From an uncultured Chloroflexia bacterium (GTDB lineage Bacteria; Chloroflexota; Anaerolineae; JAAYZQ01): a stretch of DNA of 64,000 nucleotides. The position numbers and the translations under genes were made by a program. Below the pieces are notes generated by a model. That model worked only from the letters and a program-made list of their open reading frames with translations, ran no database searches and was not told where the DNA came from. The first letter of the stretch is position 1; every line of letters begins with the position of its first letter. The stretch is taken from positions 704,001 to 768,000 of the forward strand of contig CAVOXA010000014.1 of the NCBI GenBank assembly GCA_963700285.1, in the 5' to 3' direction. Positions 62,634 to 64,000 of this stretch are shown in pieces.

Positions 62634-64000
62634 TGCCCGCCCGTCGGCCCGCAAAGGCACTTGTCCCAGCAATAACAGGGCTGGTTGCCTTTGTCGTCTA
62701 CCAGCAAACGCTTCTACCCGGCATTGGTTGGGGCGATATCGCCCGATTTCAATACGTAGGGCGGCTATGGGGTATTCCCCACCGCTTTGGTTATCCACTG
62801 TACATCGCCATCAGCCACCTGTTTGGCTACCTGCCGGTGCGAACGCTAGCCTACCGCATCAACCTGATGTCAGCAGTTTTTGCCGCGCTGGCCGCGGTGA
62901 TGGTCTACATGATCCTCATGCGGCTGGTCGACGATTGGATAGCATCGGCATCAGCCGCATTGTCCTTTGCTTTTTCGCGGGCTCTTTGGGGCCAGGCAGT
63001 CATAGCCGAGGTATATACCTTGAACGCCTTTCTCATTGGCGCCATCGTACTTGTGTTGCTTGCCTGGCATCAAACCCGCAGAGATTGGCTGCTGTACCTG
63101 GGCATCGGATTGTACGCCCTGAGCTTTGGCAACCACATGACGGTTGTTACCCTGGTCCCGGCAGTGGCATACCTGGTGCTGGTCACAGACTACCGAGTGC
63201 TGCTCGATCCGAAAAAGCTGGCGGTGATGGTTGGATTGGTGTTGCTTGGTGCATCACAGTATCTGTATGTCATCCTCCGCGCCCAGCAGCAGCCACTGCT
63301 CAATGAGTTGGGTCCGTTCTCGTGGCGGGGATGGCTCCATTGGATGACACGCAACCGCTTTCCAGGGCAGTTCTTTGGGTTCACCTTGAGTGACCAGGTA
63401 GACCGGATGCGCATCTATCTGGAACTTCTGGAGATGCAGTTCTATCGCTGGGGCTACATTCTGGGCTGGATTGGCGCATGGGAACGACTGAAGGCCGATC
63501 TCAAGACCTTTGTGTTTCTGGCATTGGTGGCGCTGGGCATCTATGGCTTTGCCATGAACTATGGCGGCATCACTTTCCGCGTTTATCTCATCCCATCCTA
63601 CCTGATCTTTGCCGTATTCTTTGGTTGTGGCCTGAGCGCCCTGCGTACGTGGCTGGAAGAGCTGCTCAGGGACCAGCGCCAATGGCTGGCCAGGCCCTTG
63701 ATTGCGGCCTTGGCCGCTGCCATATTGCTCATGCCTCTCTACCCACTCTGGCAGAACTGGGCCGAGGTAGACCAGAGCAGCAACTACTACTATCATGAAC
63801 TGGCATGGAAGTTTGTAGAGGAGGCGGGACCCGACTTTGTCCTGGTAGAATCGGAGCCGCACTACGACGACCTGGAGGCAATCTTGTACGTGGCCTGGGC
63901 TGAGAAGGGTTGGTACGACGCCCAGACGGTGACCCCTGGTGGGATCGACCCCTGGCTGGGAAGCCGACCCATCTATGCCTGGTATGGCGACGCGGACATT
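62633..64000 (+). CDS. DUF2723/TMEM260-like membrane glycosyltransferase (runs off the window end)
   Basis: ATG overlaps the dnaB stop; TLLPGIGWGD...GIPHRFGYPLY, QAVIAEVYTLN and GNH; open to the window end. Confidence 0.8.
   Translation, partial: MPARRPAKALVPAITGLVAFVVYQQTLLPGIGWGDIARFQYVGRLWGIPHRFGYPLYIAISHLFGYLPVRTLAYRINLMSAVFAALAAVMVYMILMRLVDDWIASASAALSFAFSRALWGQAVIAEVYTLNAFLIGAIVLVLLAWHQTRRDWLLYLGIGLYALSFGNHMTVVTLVPAVAYLVLVTDYRVLLDPKKLAVMVGLVLLGASQYLYVILRAQQQPLLNELGPFSWRGWLHWMTRNRFPGQFFGFTLSDQVDRMRIYLELLEMQFYRWGYILGWIGAWERLKADLKTFVFLALVALGIYGFAMNYGGITFRVYLIPSYLIFAVFFGCGLSALRTWLEELLRDQRQWLARPLIAALAAAILLMPLYPLWQNWAEVDQSSNYYYHELAWKFVEEAGPDFVLVESEPHYDDLEAILYVAWAEKGWYDAQTVTPGGIDPWLGSRPIYAWYGDADI

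Overview
GC-rich bacterial chromosomal window, most likely Chloroflexota (Anaerolineae-like). This is inferred from the C-terminal 'YLPLVMR/YLPLMFN' tails and a VEKVVT-repeat lipoprotein. Several genes are broken by single-base indels that look like long-read assembly errors. No rRNA, tRNA, CRISPR array or transposase was recognised. The main signal is a ~50 kb cobalamin-based (CarH-type) light/oxidative-stress network with two sensors. (1) A CarH/LitR repressor (56773-58131) has an extra C-terminal helical domain resembling the bilin-binding globin-like domain of photocobilins. Four near-identical operator-promoters (CAAATAsTTGACAAAA...) lie in front of the carH operon, a photolyase operon, a DUF4397 surface protein and an HtrA/selenoperoxiredoxin/molybdoenzyme operon. 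(2) A globin-like + B12-binding protein (49396-50460) is translationally coupled to two histidine kinases, followed by a NarL-type regulator. A second shared 58-bp palindromic promoter element sits in front of the two adjacent DUF4397 genes. Other notable items: an unannotated UxxC selenoprotein with a SECIS-like hairpin; a photolyase that keeps its Trp triad but lacks the CPD-binding residues; a cluster of PlsY-like, RPH-like dikinase, chelatase-like and B12-radical SAM genes; a TPP riboswitch before thiN-thiB; and housekeeping fabF and dnaB. All family assignments come from motif recognition by eye, not from database searches.
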